Shown here one piece after another: positions 21,078 to 30,956 of a DNA stretch of 64,000 nt. The notes beneath the pieces were generated by a model, which was not told the origin of the DNA, ran no database searches, and saw only the letters and a program-made list of their open reading frames with translations. The stretch lies in sequence record SRR22947727_2831. One strand, given 5' to 3'. Made by a program: the position numbers and the translations under genes. The first letter of the stretch is position 1. Each line of letters starts with the position of its first letter.

Positions 21078-22008
21078 GGAGCACAGATCCCAATTCGCCC
21101 AGAGGTTGGTCATCAAAGCGCCCATACACATCGATGGTGTTGTCCGTGAGTTGGGCCGCCAGAAGGTTCTCGTCCATTCCCAAGGTCTCCGCCATCGATC
21201 TCACCGTGAAGGGGATCATGTAGGGAGAGTTGGGCTTGCCCCTCGAGGGAACTGGTGTCAAAAACGGGGTGTCCGTCTCGACCAAAATCTGAGACCTGGG
21301 CATCACCTTGAGGGCTTCCCGTAATCCTTCAGAATTCTTGAACGTGACTGTTCCCGCAAAGGAGGCATACCAACCCTCGGCCGAGAGAACCTCGGCGAGC
21401 TCGGCATCCCCGCTGAAACAGTGGAACACGGTCTTTTCGGGAGCTCCCACCTCGAGGAGGACTTCCACGACCTGGTCGTGGGCGTCACGGTCGTGAATCT
21501 GGAGGGCAATTCCGTGCTTCTTCGCGATTTCGATGTGGGCCCGAAAGGCGTCTTTTTGAGCACCCTGCAGGTCTTCCGGGGTGCGGAAGAAATCCAACCC
21601 CGTCTCCCCCACCGCCACTACGCGCGGCATGGCTGCGAGCTCATCAATGACCGCCAGGGCGTCCTCCAGCTCGCCGGCTTGGTGCAACAGGGGAGCTTCG
21701 TTCGGATGGATGGCGACGGCGGCAAGCACCCGGGGTTCCCGGTGCGCAAGCGCTGCGGACCATCGCGAGGTCTCCACATCAGTCCCCACCTGAATGACAC
21801 CCATCACCCCGACGGATCCGGCCCGGTCGAGGTGCTCGGTGTAGTCCATCGGGTTGTCCCCGTCAGCAAATTCCAGATGAGCGTGATTGTCATAGACCCC
21901 CACCTGAAGCGGGTGGGGAGCTGGTGGGTAGGAGACCTTGCGGTCACCGGCCTCGAGATCTCCGCGCGCTCTAATGTGCGCGGGGAGGTCGCCGGGTCCT
22001 GCGCTCAC
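21067..22008 (-). CDS. tatD: TatD family hydrolase
   Basis: DNHAH, AIHPN, VGETGLD, IHDRDAH, HCFSG, ETDTPFL. Confidence 0.93.
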   Translation of the reverse strand: MSAGPGDLPAHIRARGDLEAGDRKVSYPPAPHPLQVGVYDNHAHLEFADGDNPMDYTEHLDRAGSVGVMGVIQVGTDVETSRWSAALAHREPRVLAAVAIHPNEAPLLHQAGELEDALAVIDELAAMPRVVAVGETGLDFFRTPEDLQGAQKDAFRAHIEIAKKHGIALQIHDRDAHDQVVEVLLEVGAPEKTVFHCFSGDAELAEVLSAEGWYASFAGTVTFKNSEGLREALKVMPRSQILVETDTPFLTPVPSRGKPNSPYMIPFTVRSMAETLGMDENLLAAQLTDNTIDVYGRFDDQPLGELGSVLRGR

Positions 22009-22013
22009 GAAAT

Positions 22014-23588
22014 TTAGTCCTGTTCGATCCTGGGGAACAGTGGAGGCAATTCCAGCACCGTGGTGCCCGTCTTGAGGCCGCCCGCAACTGCAGCATCGAG
22101 GAGCACCTGGTCGCTGGGTTCACCGTCCTGACCCAGAGCCCCCCAGAGGGCGCTCATGGAGTTCGGCATGAAGGGGTGCAGCACCAGGGCTAGAACCCGC
22201 AGTGCATCAGCGGCTTGATAGAGCACGGCATCCAGTCGATCAGCGTTCGCGTCATCCTTCGCGAGAGCCCAGGGCTCCTGCTCGGTGAGATAGCCATTGG
22301 TGTCTTCGACGATTCGCCAGATCTGAGCTAACGCCTCGTGAATGGCAAAGCTGTGCATCGCCTCGTTGGCCTTCGACACCGCATCAGTCATGACCGAGCG
22401 AAGCGCCTCCTCCGCGGCTCCCGTGCCAGCACCGGGGTCGGGAATGACTCCACCGCGATAGCGGTGGAGCATCGCAATCACGCGTGAGGCGAGGTTTCCC
22501 AGACCGTTGGCAAGCTCGGCTTCATAGCGGGCAGAGAGGTCTTCCCAACTAAAGGACCCATCGGAGCCAAACGTGATGGCGCGCAAGAAGTAGTACCGGA
22601 ATGCATCCGCACCAAAAACATCGGTGATGTCAGAGGGTGCGATACCGGTCAGTTTGGACTTCGACATCTTCTCGCCACCGACCAGCAACCATCCGTGGGC
22701 AAAGACATTCTTCGGGGGCTCAAGACCTGCTGCCATCAACATGGCGGGCCAGATCACCGCGTGGAAGCGGGCAATGTCTTTACCGACCAACTGCACAGCA
22801 GGCCAGCGCCTGGCGAACTCATCGTCGTTGGAGCCCCAGCCGGTGGCGGTGATGTAGTTCAGGAGTGCTTCAAACCACACATACGTGACGTGCGTTGTGT
22901 CGAAGGGCAGCTCAATACCCCAGTCAATGTTGGAGCGAGAAATGGAGAGGTCTTCCAGACCTCTGTTCACAAACGCGACGATTTCGTTTTTGACGCTCGC
23001 GGGTTGAATGAAATCAGGACGCTCGCGATAAAGCTCGAGGAGCCGCTCCTGGAAGTCACTCATCTTGAAGAAGTAGTTCTCTTCCTTCAGAACCTCAATT
23101 GGGCGACCGTGGATTTGGCAAACCTTCTGGCCTTCAAATTCGTCAGTCCCCTCAGCCAAGTCCGCCGGGGTCTTGTATTCCTCGCAGCCCACGCAGTAGA
23201 AACCCTCGTACTCACCCTGATAAATGAAGCCTTTGTCGTACAGGAGGGTGAGAAACTTCTGGACTGCGCTCTCGTGGCGCTCTTCCGTGGTGCGAATGAA
23301 GTCGTCATTGGCGAGGTTCAAAGTGGTGAGCAGCGGCTTCCACGCCTGCTCCACCAAGCGATCAGCCCACTCTTTAGGCTCCACCCCGTTCGCCAACGCG
23401 GTCCGCATGATCTTCTGACCGTGCTCATCCGTTCCGGTCAAAAACCAGGTGTCGATGCCAGAGTTGCGCATCCACCGCGAGAGAGCATCAGCTGCGACCT
23501 CGGTGTAGGCATGCCCAATATGCGGCACGTCATTCACATAGAAAATCGGTGTCGCGATAAAGAAAGAATCGGACGTGGTCGTAGGCAT
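22014..23588 (-). CDS. metG: Methionine--tRNA ligase
   Basis: HIGH, GTDEHG, YVWFEAL, GKDI, KMSKS. Confidence 0.98.
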   Translation of the reverse strand: MPTTTSDSFFIATPIFYVNDVPHIGHAYTEVAADALSRWMRNSGIDTWFLTGTDEHGQKIMRTALANGVEPKEWADRLVEQAWKPLLTTLNLANDDFIRTTEERHESAVQKFLTLLYDKGFIYQGEYEGFYCVGCEEYKTPADLAEGTDEFEGQKVCQIHGRPIEVLKEENYFFKMSDFQERLLELYRERPDFIQPASVKNEIVAFVNRGLEDLSISRSNIDWGIELPFDTTHVTYVWFEALLNYITATGWGSNDDEFARRWPAVQLVGKDIARFHAVIWPAMLMAAGLEPPKNVFAHGWLLVGGEKMSKSKLTGIAPSDITDVFGADAFRYYFLRAITFGSDGSFSWEDLSARYEAELANGLGNLASRVIAMLHRYRGGVIPDPGAGTGAAEEALRSVMTDAVSKANEAMHSFAIHEALAQIWRIVEDTNGYLTEQEPWALAKDDANADRLDAVLYQAADALRVLALVLHPFMPNSMSALWGALGQDGEPSDQVLLDAAVAGGLKTGTTVLELPPLFPRIEQD

Positions 23589-23600
23589 CGAGGCTCAATC

Positions 23601-24413
23601 CTACGCGGAGTCCCCGACACTTTCCTTATACAGAGTGCTCTTCGGGATACCGGTCTCTTTCGCCACCACCTGGCAGGCCTCTGAGCGGCGCATACCGGAG
23701 TCCACTAACTCCTTCACGCTGGCCAGAGCCTCGGGCAAGCCCTTTGCTCCCGCGGGGGCGCCAGCGATAACGACCACTATCTCGCCCTTCGTGGTGCCAG
23801 AAAAATGCTCCACAAGTTCGGTGAGGGTTCCCCTGGCGATCTCTTCAAACATCTTCGTTATCTCCCGGGCGACACACGCTTCGCGCTCACCGCCAAAGAC
23901 GGAGGCCGCATCTGCGAGCATCTCCGTCAGTCGATGGGGTGACTCAAAGAAAATCATGGTGCGAGACTCGCTCTGCAGAGTCTCGAAATACCCCACACGG
24001 CCTTTCTTCGGCACAAAACCCTCGTGGATAAAGCGATCGGTGGGCAATCCGCTCACTGCGAGGGCTGAGAGTCCGGCACTGGGCCCTGGAATAACGCTGA
24101 TGGGGATTCCCCGCTGGCGTGCGCCCCGAGCGAGGACAAACCCTGGGTCGCTAATCGCTGGCATACCGGCATCGGACACCACCAGCACGTCCCCGGTCAT
24201 GGCCAGAGTCCAGATTTCTTTGGCAACTGCACCTTCGGTGTGTTCATTGGCGGATCGAACCGGAGCGTCATTGGTGACCCCGAGTGCGCCCATCAGTTTT
24301 CGCAACACCCTGGTGTCTTCAGCGACCAGAAGATCCGCGCTGGCCAGTGCTTCTCTCAAGCGAGGAGTGGCGTCGCCTAGGTTCCCAATCGGCGTTGCGG
24401 CAAGAATCAGCAC
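23601..24413 (-). CDS. rsmI: 16S rRNA (C1402-2'-O)-methyltransferase RsmI
   Basis: LAATPIGNLGD, AEDTR, VSDAGMPAISDPG, IPGPSA, FESPHR, REITKMFEE. Confidence 0.95.
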   Translation of the reverse strand: MLILAATPIGNLGDATPRLREALASADLLVAEDTRVLRKLMGALGVTNDAPVRSANEHTEGAVAKEIWTLAMTGDVLVVSDAGMPAISDPGFVLARGARQRGIPISVIPGPSAGLSALAVSGLPTDRFIHEGFVPKKGRVGYFETLQSESRTMIFFESPHRLTEMLADAASVFGGEREACVAREITKMFEEIARGTLTELVEHFSGTTKGEIVVVIAGAPAGAKGLPEALASVKELVDSGMRRSEACQVVAKETGIPKSTLYKESVGDSA

Positions 24414-24417
24414 AGAG

Positions 24418-26247
24418 TCATTGTTGCAGTTGCTCGAGAAGCGCCTCCGCGCTCTGCGCGGGAAGCTGACACACACCGCGGTGACAGACATACGCAGTGG
24501 CGATTGACCCGTCAGTTCTTCCCCGAAGAATCTCCACACCCGCCTCGAGCATCTGCTGAGCTTGCTCTCCGGTGACGGAGAGAACCAGGGTCCCGGGAGT
24601 CCGGTGACGCCGGGCGATCTCGATCATGTCGGTGGGGCCATCGGCGACGACAATGATCTCCCGCTCCTCGCGGGCGAGGGATGCCAGCACCTGAAGAATG
24701 CCACCCGCCCCTAGAGACGTCAGCATCGCCTGGGACACGTGGGGAGCGAGAAGGCCCCGCGCTCGCTCGATAAGGCCGTAGTCACCACGCAGAGTTGACG
24801 CCAGCACGAGGGCCTGCGAGAAAAGTGAAATACCAGAGGGTGAGGCGCCTTCTTGGATATCGGGGCGCGGAGTAAATCCCTTCTCACGCATCACCTCGTC
24901 CCGTCCCACGGTGAGCTCTTCCCCCGCAATGGACTCGACTAGACGGAAGGCCTCCGCTACGAAGCGAGCCTCCCCCAAAGCCATGCCTAGCTCGAGAAGT
25001 CCGAGGCTGAACGCTCCGTAATCTTCGAGAGTTGCTGGCGCGGCGCCGGGGATGCCCTTCCTCGAGAGTCGAATGAGTGTTCCGTCGTCCCGGACGTGAT
25101 GAGCCAGCAACCAGGTGGCGACCTGGGCACCCAGTTTTCCTGGGTCGCCTGGAACCCCCGCGAGGTGTGCCTCGGCGAGCCCCCGAAGGGCTAGACCATT
25201 CCACCCGGTGATGACTTTGTCATCCACCTTTGGTGGGGTGAGTCCCTCTCGGCCCACAGCATCGAGAAGGTAGTAACCACCCTCACTGGGGAGACTTTCG
25301 ATTATGCTCTCGCTGTCTTGGGCAGAGCCAAACCCGCCCTCAACGAGCAGAGTTGAGTGCAGGAACGACACAATGCCTGCGGCGGCGTCCAGGTCACCCT
25401 GCCTCGAATACAGAGACAACAAACCGGCATTGTCATACAGCATTCGCTCATAGTGAGGCTCGCTAAAGTCCCTCATCGTGGAGTAGCGAAAAAACCCGCC
25501 CTCGACCGCATCCCGCAGGTCGGAGCCTGCATAGGTTTCTAACGTCCGGGCCACCAGCTGCGTTGCAGGCTCACTCCCCGCTAACCCTTCTCCCTGCAGA
25601 AACGACAGCGCTGGTGATACCGGGAACTTGGGCGCGCCCCCAAAACCCCCGAATTCGATGTCCTCCTGGGCGATAAGAGCATCCACGATGACCGACAGTT
25701 GCTCTGTGGAAGGGAAAACCTGATCCCTCGAGTCCTTCCCGATGGCCTCGGCGGCGTCGGCGAGTGCGCCGACGAGTGCTCGGGAGCTCTCGAGAACGTC
25801 CTCTCGCTTTTCCGCCCACGCAGTGGTGACTGCCTCCACCACCTGGGTCAGGGAGGGCTGACCGCCCCGGGGCTCAGGCGGGAGATAGGTCTGGGCATAA
25901 AACGCAGCACCCTCGGGTGTGGTGAACACGGTGAGTGGCCAGCCCAAGTGGTCGGTGAACGCTTGCGCCTGAGCCATATACAGCGCATCCACCTCCGGAT
26001 GTTCTTCTCGATCCACTTTGATGGCGACCAGTTTCTGGTTCAGAAGCTCGGCCATCGCCGGGTCATCGAAGCTCTCCCTCGACATCACGTGACACCAGTG
26101 GCAGGTGGAATAGCCAATGGAAATCATCACGGGGCAGTCGCGCTTCGCGGCTTCCGCGAAAGCGTCAGGGCTCCAGGGAAACCAGTCCACGCTCTGATGA
26201 GCGTGAGAGAGGAGGTAGGGACTCAGGGCGCCATCAAGGCGACTCAC
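24418..26247 (-). CDS. YyaL/SPATA20-like thioredoxin-domain protein
   Basis: [62 protein letters not shown]. Confidence 0.9.
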   Translation of the reverse strand: MSRLDGALSPYLLSHAHQSVDWFPWSPDAFAEAAKRDCPVMISIGYSTCHWCHVMSRESFDDPAMAELLNQKLVAIKVDREEHPEVDALYMAQAQAFTDHLGWPLTVFTTPEGAAFYAQTYLPPEPRGGQPSLTQVVEAVTTAWAEKREDVLESSRALVGALADAAEAIGKDSRDQVFPSTEQLSVIVDALIAQEDIEFGGFGGAPKFPVSPALSFLQGEGLAGSEPATQLVARTLETYAGSDLRDAVEGGFFRYSTMRDFSEPHYERMLYDNAGLLSLYSRQGDLDAAAGIVSFLHSTLLVEGGFGSAQDSESIIESLPSEGGYYLLDAVGREGLTPPKVDDKVITGWNGLALRGLAEAHLAGVPGDPGKLGAQVATWLLAHHVRDDGTLIRLSRKGIPGAAPATLEDYGAFSLGLLELGMALGEARFVAEAFRLVESIAGEELTVGRDEVMREKGFTPRPDIQEGASPSGISLFSQALVLASTLRGDYGLIERARGLLAPHVSQAMLTSLGAGGILQVLASLAREEREIIVVADGPTDMIEIARRHRTPGTLVLSVTGEQAQQMLEAGVEILRGRTDGSIATAYVCHRGVCQLPAQSAEALLEQLQQ

Positions 26248-26252
26248 ACCGA

Positions 26253-27095
26253 TTACCAGTTGCCATCCATGGGGTGTGTTCCCACCCGACGATCGGCATC
26301 CATGGCGGCGATCGCCGTCATCTCGTCCCCGCTCAGCTCAAAATCAAAGACCGAGAGGTTTTCGATCATGCGCTCCTTGCGCACCGTCTTCGGGAACACA
26401 ACGACTCCTTCTTGCAGGTGCCAGCGGAGCACAATCTGCTGAATGCTCTTGCCGTGTGCCTCCGCGATCTCCTGAAGACCAGGAAGCTCGGCGAGGTCAT
26501 ACTTTCCTTGCCCCAAGGGACCCCACGCTTCGGTGATGATCCCCAGTGGTTCCTGGAACGCCCGGAGCTTTCTCTGTTGGAACGCTGGGTGGAGCTCGAC
26601 CTGGTTGATGGCCGGAACAATGCTTCCCTCCTCCAGGACGCGCTCGAGGTGCTCGGGTTCAAAGTTAGAAACACCGATGGCTTTTGCGAGACCCTGGTGG
26701 TGAAGCTCCTCGAGAGCCAACCACGTCTCGACATACTCGTCGCGCAGCGGGGCTGGCCAGTGGATCAAATACAGGTCCACATACTCAAGGCCCAGAAGCT
26801 CAAGGCTGAGGTTGAGCGCCTGGGGCGTGGCCTGGGTCCCCTGGTCTGAGTTCCAGAGCTTGGTCGTGACGAACAGTTCGTCTCGGGCGATACCGCTTTT
26901 TGCGATCGCGCGACCCACCGCTGCCTCGTTGCGATAAATCATCGCTGTGTCGATGTGGCGGTAGCCGACCTCGAGAGCATCGAGGACGATCTGTTCACAC
27001 ACATCGTCGTCAACTTTGAACACACCGAGTCCCAATTGGGGAATCTGGTCGCCGTTGTTGAGAGTCAGGGAGAGCTGGCCATCGGGGGTCTTCAT
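26253..27095 (-). CDS. Aldo/keto reductase (2,5-DKG reductase-like)
   Basis: [39 protein letters not shown]. Confidence 0.93.
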   Translation of the reverse strand: MKTPDGQLSLTLNNGDQIPQLGLGVFKVDDDVCEQIVLDALEVGYRHIDTAMIYRNEAAVGRAIAKSGIARDELFVTTKLWNSDQGTQATPQALNLSLELLGLEYVDLYLIHWPAPLRDEYVETWLALEELHHQGLAKAIGVSNFEPEHLERVLEEGSIVPAINQVELHPAFQQRKLRAFQEPLGIITEAWGPLGQGKYDLAELPGLQEIAEAHGKSIQQIVLRWHLQEGVVVFPKTVRKERMIENLSVFDFELSGDEMTAIAAMDADRRVGTHPMDGNW

Positions 27096-27123
27096 AGCTC
27101 CATCCTCACACGCGAGGGGGGTG

Positions 27124-27172
27124 AAAGAAAAGGCAGGGGGAGGAGACTCCGTCGCTGTCTCCTCCCCCTGCC
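27124..27172 (-). terminator. Intrinsic terminator of the nrd operon
   Basis: GGCAGGGGGAGGAGAC-loop-GTCTCCTCCCCCTGCC 16-bp stem followed on the minus strand by TTTTCTTT. Confidence 0.85.
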
Positions 27173-27198
27173 CGTCTTAGCTTAGTAAGGGTTTGTCC

Positions 27199-28182
27199 CT
27201 ACCGTGACGTTGTTGCGTTGACCTCGTACGAGGTGTTGGTGGACTCGAAGAAGTTCACCAACTGCAGGGTGTCATTGGCGGTAGCCATCCACTTGGCGGG
27301 GTTCGAGACGTTGTATTCGGTCTCGAAGCCGAGCTCCTCAAGGCGACGGTCAGCCAGGTACTTCACGTACTGGTTGATGTAATTCGCGTTGAGTCCGAGG
27401 ATGCCGTTCGGGAGCAGGTCGTGGTTGTAGGCCTCTTCCATTTCCACTGCGTCGAGGATCATCTGACGAATCTCTGCTGCGAACTCGGGAGTCTGCAGGT
27501 CAGGGTTCTCCTCCAGCACGGTGAGGATCAGGTTGATACCGAACTTCAGGTGCAGGCTCTCGTCGCGCACAATCCAGTCCACCAACGAACCAAAGTTACG
27601 CAGCAGGTTGCGCTGACGGAAGCTCAGAGCAACCATGAAGCCGGAGTAGAACCAGATGCCCTCGAGGATGACGTTGTAGGCAACCAGGTTGCGCACGAAG
27701 TCTTGCTTACCCTCGGTGGTGCTGATGTCGATGGTGTCCTCGGTCATGCGACGGATGAACTTCACTTCGAAGTCTTCCTTGCGTGCCATCGAGGGAACAT
27801 CGACGTGAGAGGCGTAGGCCTGCTCGCGGTCGATCGGGAAGGTTTCGAGAACATACTCGAAGCTCATGCAGTGGTTGGCTTCTTCCCACATCTGCTTGGC
27901 GAGGTAGAGGTGTGCTTCTGGTGCGTTGATGTAGGGGTACACACCAAAGGCCAGAGCTTTGTTCACCAGCAGCTCGCTGGGGTTGAAGTAGCTCATCAAG
28001 AAGGTGATGGCGTGACGCTCTTCGTCCGTCATCTTCTTGAAGTCAGCGATGTCTTCACCCAACTGAATTTCGTTGGGGAACCAGGTGTTAGCAACAGCCT
28101 GGTCGTAGAGGTCCATTGCCCACTTGTATTTCACAGGCTTAAGCAGCAGACCTTCTTGTACTCCTTGTCCAAGGATTCCCAT
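27199..28182 (-). CDS. nrdB: Ribonucleotide reductase beta subunit, class Ic-like (Mn/Fe R2c)
   Basis: TWFPNEI; ligands E70, E101, H104, E174, E208, H211; Phe108 at the radical-Tyr position; C-terminal NFFE...SY. Confidence 0.95.
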   Translation of the reverse strand: MGILGQGVQEGLLLKPVKYKWAMDLYDQAVANTWFPNEIQLGEDIADFKKMTDEERHAITFLMSYFNPSELLVNKALAFGVYPYINAPEAHLYLAKQMWEEANHCMSFEYVLETFPIDREQAYASHVDVPSMARKEDFEVKFIRRMTEDTIDISTTEGKQDFVRNLVAYNVILEGIWFYSGFMVALSFRQRNLLRNFGSLVDWIVRDESLHLKFGINLILTVLEENPDLQTPEFAAEIRQMILDAVEMEEAYNHDLLPNGILGLNANYINQYVKYLADRRLEELGFETEYNVSNPAKWMATANDTLQLVNFFESTNTSYEVNATTSR

Positions 28183-28233
28183 TGTTCTTCCTATCTCTAG
28201 ATCGTTGTTTGTGTGTGTGTGTAAAAGTCGGAG

Positions 28234-28317
28234 CTACTGGCAGCTATCGCACTGCAGAAGGTCCATGGGGTCTGTAGGGACGGCGTAGCCGTCGATGGTC
28301 GTGGAATCAAAGGTCAT
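28234..28317 (-). CDS. 27-aa acidic CxxC peptide, candidate detached NrdA C-terminal redox tail
   Basis: ATG ACC TTT ... CAG TGC GAT AGC TGC CAG TAG = MTFDSTTIDGYAVPTDPMDLLQCDSCQ; SD-like AAGGCGGGTGAG 8 nt upstream; 5 nt after the nrdA stop. Confidence 0.8.
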   Translation of the reverse strand: MTFDSTTIDGYAVPTDPMDLLQCDSCQ

Positions 28318-28322
28318 GGTGA

Positions 28323-30797
28323 TTACTCACCCGCCTTCGGTGCTCCGCCAAAACCGAAGCCCTTTTTGGGGGCACCGGATGCAGCGGCTACAGGCTCAGC
28401 CGAGGCCGGTGCTGCTGCACCAAAGCCCTTCTTCGGCGCTCCTGAACCACCCGAGCTGTTGATTTGCTCAGACTTGTTGACCTTCACCGTCGACTGCTCG
28501 GCGGTGTGGCGAGGCTTCATGTGCAGGTAGTACGTGGTCTTCACGCCACGCTTCCATGCAGCGGAGTAGATCGACATCAAGTCGTCCATGTCTCTGGTCT
28601 CCAGGTACATGTTGCGGCTAATGGCCTGGTCGATCCACTTCTGTGCCCTGGCTGCCACCTCAAGGAAGGCAAACGGCGAGAGCTGGAAGCTGGTCTTGAA
28701 GGTGTCCTTCAAGCTCTGAGGAATCGAGGGGATGTCCTGGATGTCACCCTGGCTACGCAGGATGTCCTCACGAGTGGACTCCCACAGACCGTGCTCACGC
28801 AGTGCGTTCACGAGGTTGCGGTTGACCTCGAGGAACTTACCGGAGCTGGTCGAGCGGCTGAAGATCTGGGAGAACTGAGGGTCAAGACCCGGAGTTGTTC
28901 CCGCAACCAAACCGATCGATGCAGTCGGCGCGATGGCCATCAGGGTGGCGTTGCGCATTCCGCCCTTGACCTTCTCGCGCAGAGCGTCCCAGTCCAGACG
29001 TGTCGTGCGGTTCACCTCGACGGGAACCCCACGGTCTGCCTCGGTGAGATCGACGGTGTCCAGAGGCACGATGCCCTGCGACCAACGTGAGCCCTCGAAG
29101 TTGTTGTAGGAGCCACGCTCGCGAGCGAGGTTGGCGGATTCATCGATGGCGGCGTAGGAGACGTGCTCCATGATTTCGTCGATGAGGTCATAGGCCTCTT
29201 CGCTCTCGTAGCTGTATCCAAAGCGCTCGATGACATCGGTAAAGCCCATGACTCCGAGTCCTACGGCACGGTTCTGCTCGTTGGAGTAGTCGGCTTCCTT
29301 CACGCTGGAGCGCGTGATGTCGATCAGGTTATCCAGCTGACGAACTGCCACGCGGGCACTCTCGTCGATCTTCGCCCAGTCCATCTTTCCGTCCAGAACG
29401 TGCTGGGACAGGTTGATGGAGGCGAGGTTACACACGGAGACGTTGTCGACATCCTGTGGCAAGCAGATCTCGGTGCAGAGGTTCGAGAGGTGGATCGTGC
29501 CGGTGTTGTTGTTGATGGCACGGTTGTTGATGGTGTCCTTCCAGGTCAGCCACGGGTGGCTGGTGGCCTGGAGGGAGATCAGGATGGCCTTGAACTGCTC
29601 GCGGGCACCGATTTTCTTGAACATGTTCAGCTTGCCGGCTTCTGCCATCTCGGCGTACTCGGCGTAGCGCTTGGAGAAGGCAGCGCCGTAGAGCTCGTTC
29701 AGGTCAGCAACCTCGAGTGGATCAAAGAGGTACCAGGGCTCGTCGTTCTCGACGCGCTTCATGAACTCATCCGAGATCCACACAGCGGTGTTGGCGGTAC
29801 GAGTGCGGCGGTAGGGGTCACCGGAGTTCTGACGCAGGTCGAGGAACTCGGGGAAGTCAAGGTGCCAGTTCTCCATGTAGAAGCAGAGCGCACCGAACTT
29901 CTTGCCACCGCGAGACACCGCGCGCAGCACGGAGTCGATGGTGTGCATGAAGGGGATGGGGCCAGTCGACGTGGTGTTGTTGGAGCGAATCGGGGATCCC
30001 TGGGCGCGGAGCTTGGTCACGGCCAGGCCGATTCCACCGGTTCCCTTGGTGAGCCACATGACATCGCGGGTCGTCTTCGCGATGTGCTCAATGTCGTCCT
30101 GCATTTCCATCACAAAGCAGTTGGCGAGCTGGGGGTAGCTGGTTCCACCGTTGACAAGAGTGGAGCCGGCGGCGAGGTACTCGAGCTTCGACATCTTCTC
30201 GTAGAACTTGAGCGCGTGCTCGGTGGGGTTTTCCTCGTTGAGGGAGAGACCCATGGCGATACGCATCCAGAAGTACTGGGGAACCTCGAGGGGGTCACCG
30301 TTGCGGCCCTTGATGCCGTAGCGGTTGTTCAGGGTCACAACACCGATGTACTTCAGCAGTTCATCGCGGGTGGGCTCCAGGGCGGCTGCGAGAGCGTCAA
30401 AGTCGAACATCTGAGTGAGGCGCTCATCCAGCAGGCCCTCCTCGACGCCGCGACGGACGTTCTCTTCGAAGTGCTGGACGTGGAGCTGCTTGAGCTCTTC
30501 CGGGGATTCGTAGTCACCGAGAACACGCTTGTAAATGGTCTTCACGAGCAGGCGAGAGGCCAAGACGTCAAATGCAGGGTCATCCTTGACGTTCTGCAGT
30601 GCGACCTGGATAACAGCCTCGTCGAGCTGCTGGGTGGTGATGCCATCGAACAGCGTCAGTTCGAGCTCACTCGCGATCTGGGTCACCCAGGTAATCGAGT
30701 CGTCCAGCCCCTTTGCTGCGTCCTCGATGGCCAGGTTGATCTTGTTCGCGTCGTAGGCTTCCCGATCGCCATTGCGCTTCACCACGGTGATGTTCAC
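28323..30797 (-). CDS. nrdA: Ribonucleotide reductase alpha subunit with ATP cone, lacking the C-terminal Cys pair
   Basis: VVKRNG ATP cone; QLANCF, SNLCTEI, VSVCNLAS catalytic Cys; IAPTAS; KTTYYL; GAGGAG RBS before GTG 30797. Confidence 0.97.
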   Translation of the reverse strand: MNITVVKRNGDREAYDANKINLAIEDAAKGLDDSITWVTQIASELELTLFDGITTQQLDEAVIQVALQNVKDDPAFDVLASRLLVKTIYKRVLGDYESPEELKQLHVQHFEENVRRGVEEGLLDERLTQMFDFDALAAALEPTRDELLKYIGVVTLNNRYGIKGRNGDPLEVPQYFWMRIAMGLSLNEENPTEHALKFYEKMSKLEYLAAGSTLVNGGTSYPQLANCFVMEMQDDIEHIAKTTRDVMWLTKGTGGIGLAVTKLRAQGSPIRSNNTTSTGPIPFMHTIDSVLRAVSRGGKKFGALCFYMENWHLDFPEFLDLRQNSGDPYRRTRTANTAVWISDEFMKRVENDEPWYLFDPLEVADLNELYGAAFSKRYAEYAEMAEAGKLNMFKKIGAREQFKAILISLQATSHPWLTWKDTINNRAINNNTGTIHLSNLCTEICLPQDVDNVSVCNLASINLSQHVLDGKMDWAKIDESARVAVRQLDNLIDITRSSVKEADYSNEQNRAVGLGVMGFTDVIERFGYSYESEEAYDLIDEIMEHVSYAAIDESANLARERGSYNNFEGSRWSQGIVPLDTVDLTEADRGVPVEVNRTTRLDWDALREKVKGGMRNATLMAIAPTASIGLVAGTTPGLDPQFSQIFSRSTSSGKFLEVNRNLVNALREHGLWESTREDILRSQGDIQDIPSIPQSLKDTFKTSFQLSPFAFLEVAARAQKWIDQAISRNMYLETRDMDDLMSIYSAAWKRGVKTTYYLHMKPRHTAEQSTVKVNKSEQINSSGGSGAPKKGFGAAAPASAEPVAAASGAPKKGFGFGGAPKAGE

Positions 30798-30903
30798 TGT
30801 TTTCTCCTCATTCTTTGGCCCAGGGACCACAAATCGCGTTCTTTTCTGTTGGTTTTCTATCCCCGGTGGTGCTCAGAGGGCACTTTTTCCTTCGACAGCT
30901 TGA

Positions 30904-30951
30904 CCACTATATATGGCACTTCTGACAATTCACATACCCCACATGTTGTGG
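30904..30951. promoter_or_regulatory. Tandem NrdR boxes
   Basis: CCACTATATATGGCAC (30904-30919) and ACCCCACATGTTGTGG (30936-30951) match acaCwAtATaTwGtgt and start 32 bp apart, upstream of nrdA. Confidence 0.85.
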
Positions 30952-30956
30952 GCGTG

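Noticed and set aside
24418-26247. YyaL-like CHWC protein as the dedicated reductant for the RNR peptide
   Set aside because: It is separated from nrdB by a strong terminator and an AKR gene, the family is widespread, and I see no evidence linking it to RNR.
28207-28222. (GT)6 tract upstream of nrdB as a phase-variable repeat
   Set aside because: It is short and non-coding. On the mRNA strand it is an unstructured CA-rich stretch before the RBS, more likely aiding translation.
28315-28335. Stop readthrough or programmed frameshift joining NrdA to the CxxC peptide
   Set aside because: The 5-nt gap is out of frame, the peptide frame has TGA overlapping the last two nrdA codons (GG TGA GTA ATC ACC ATG), and there is no slippery sequence. 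A separate ORF with its own SD is the simpler reading.
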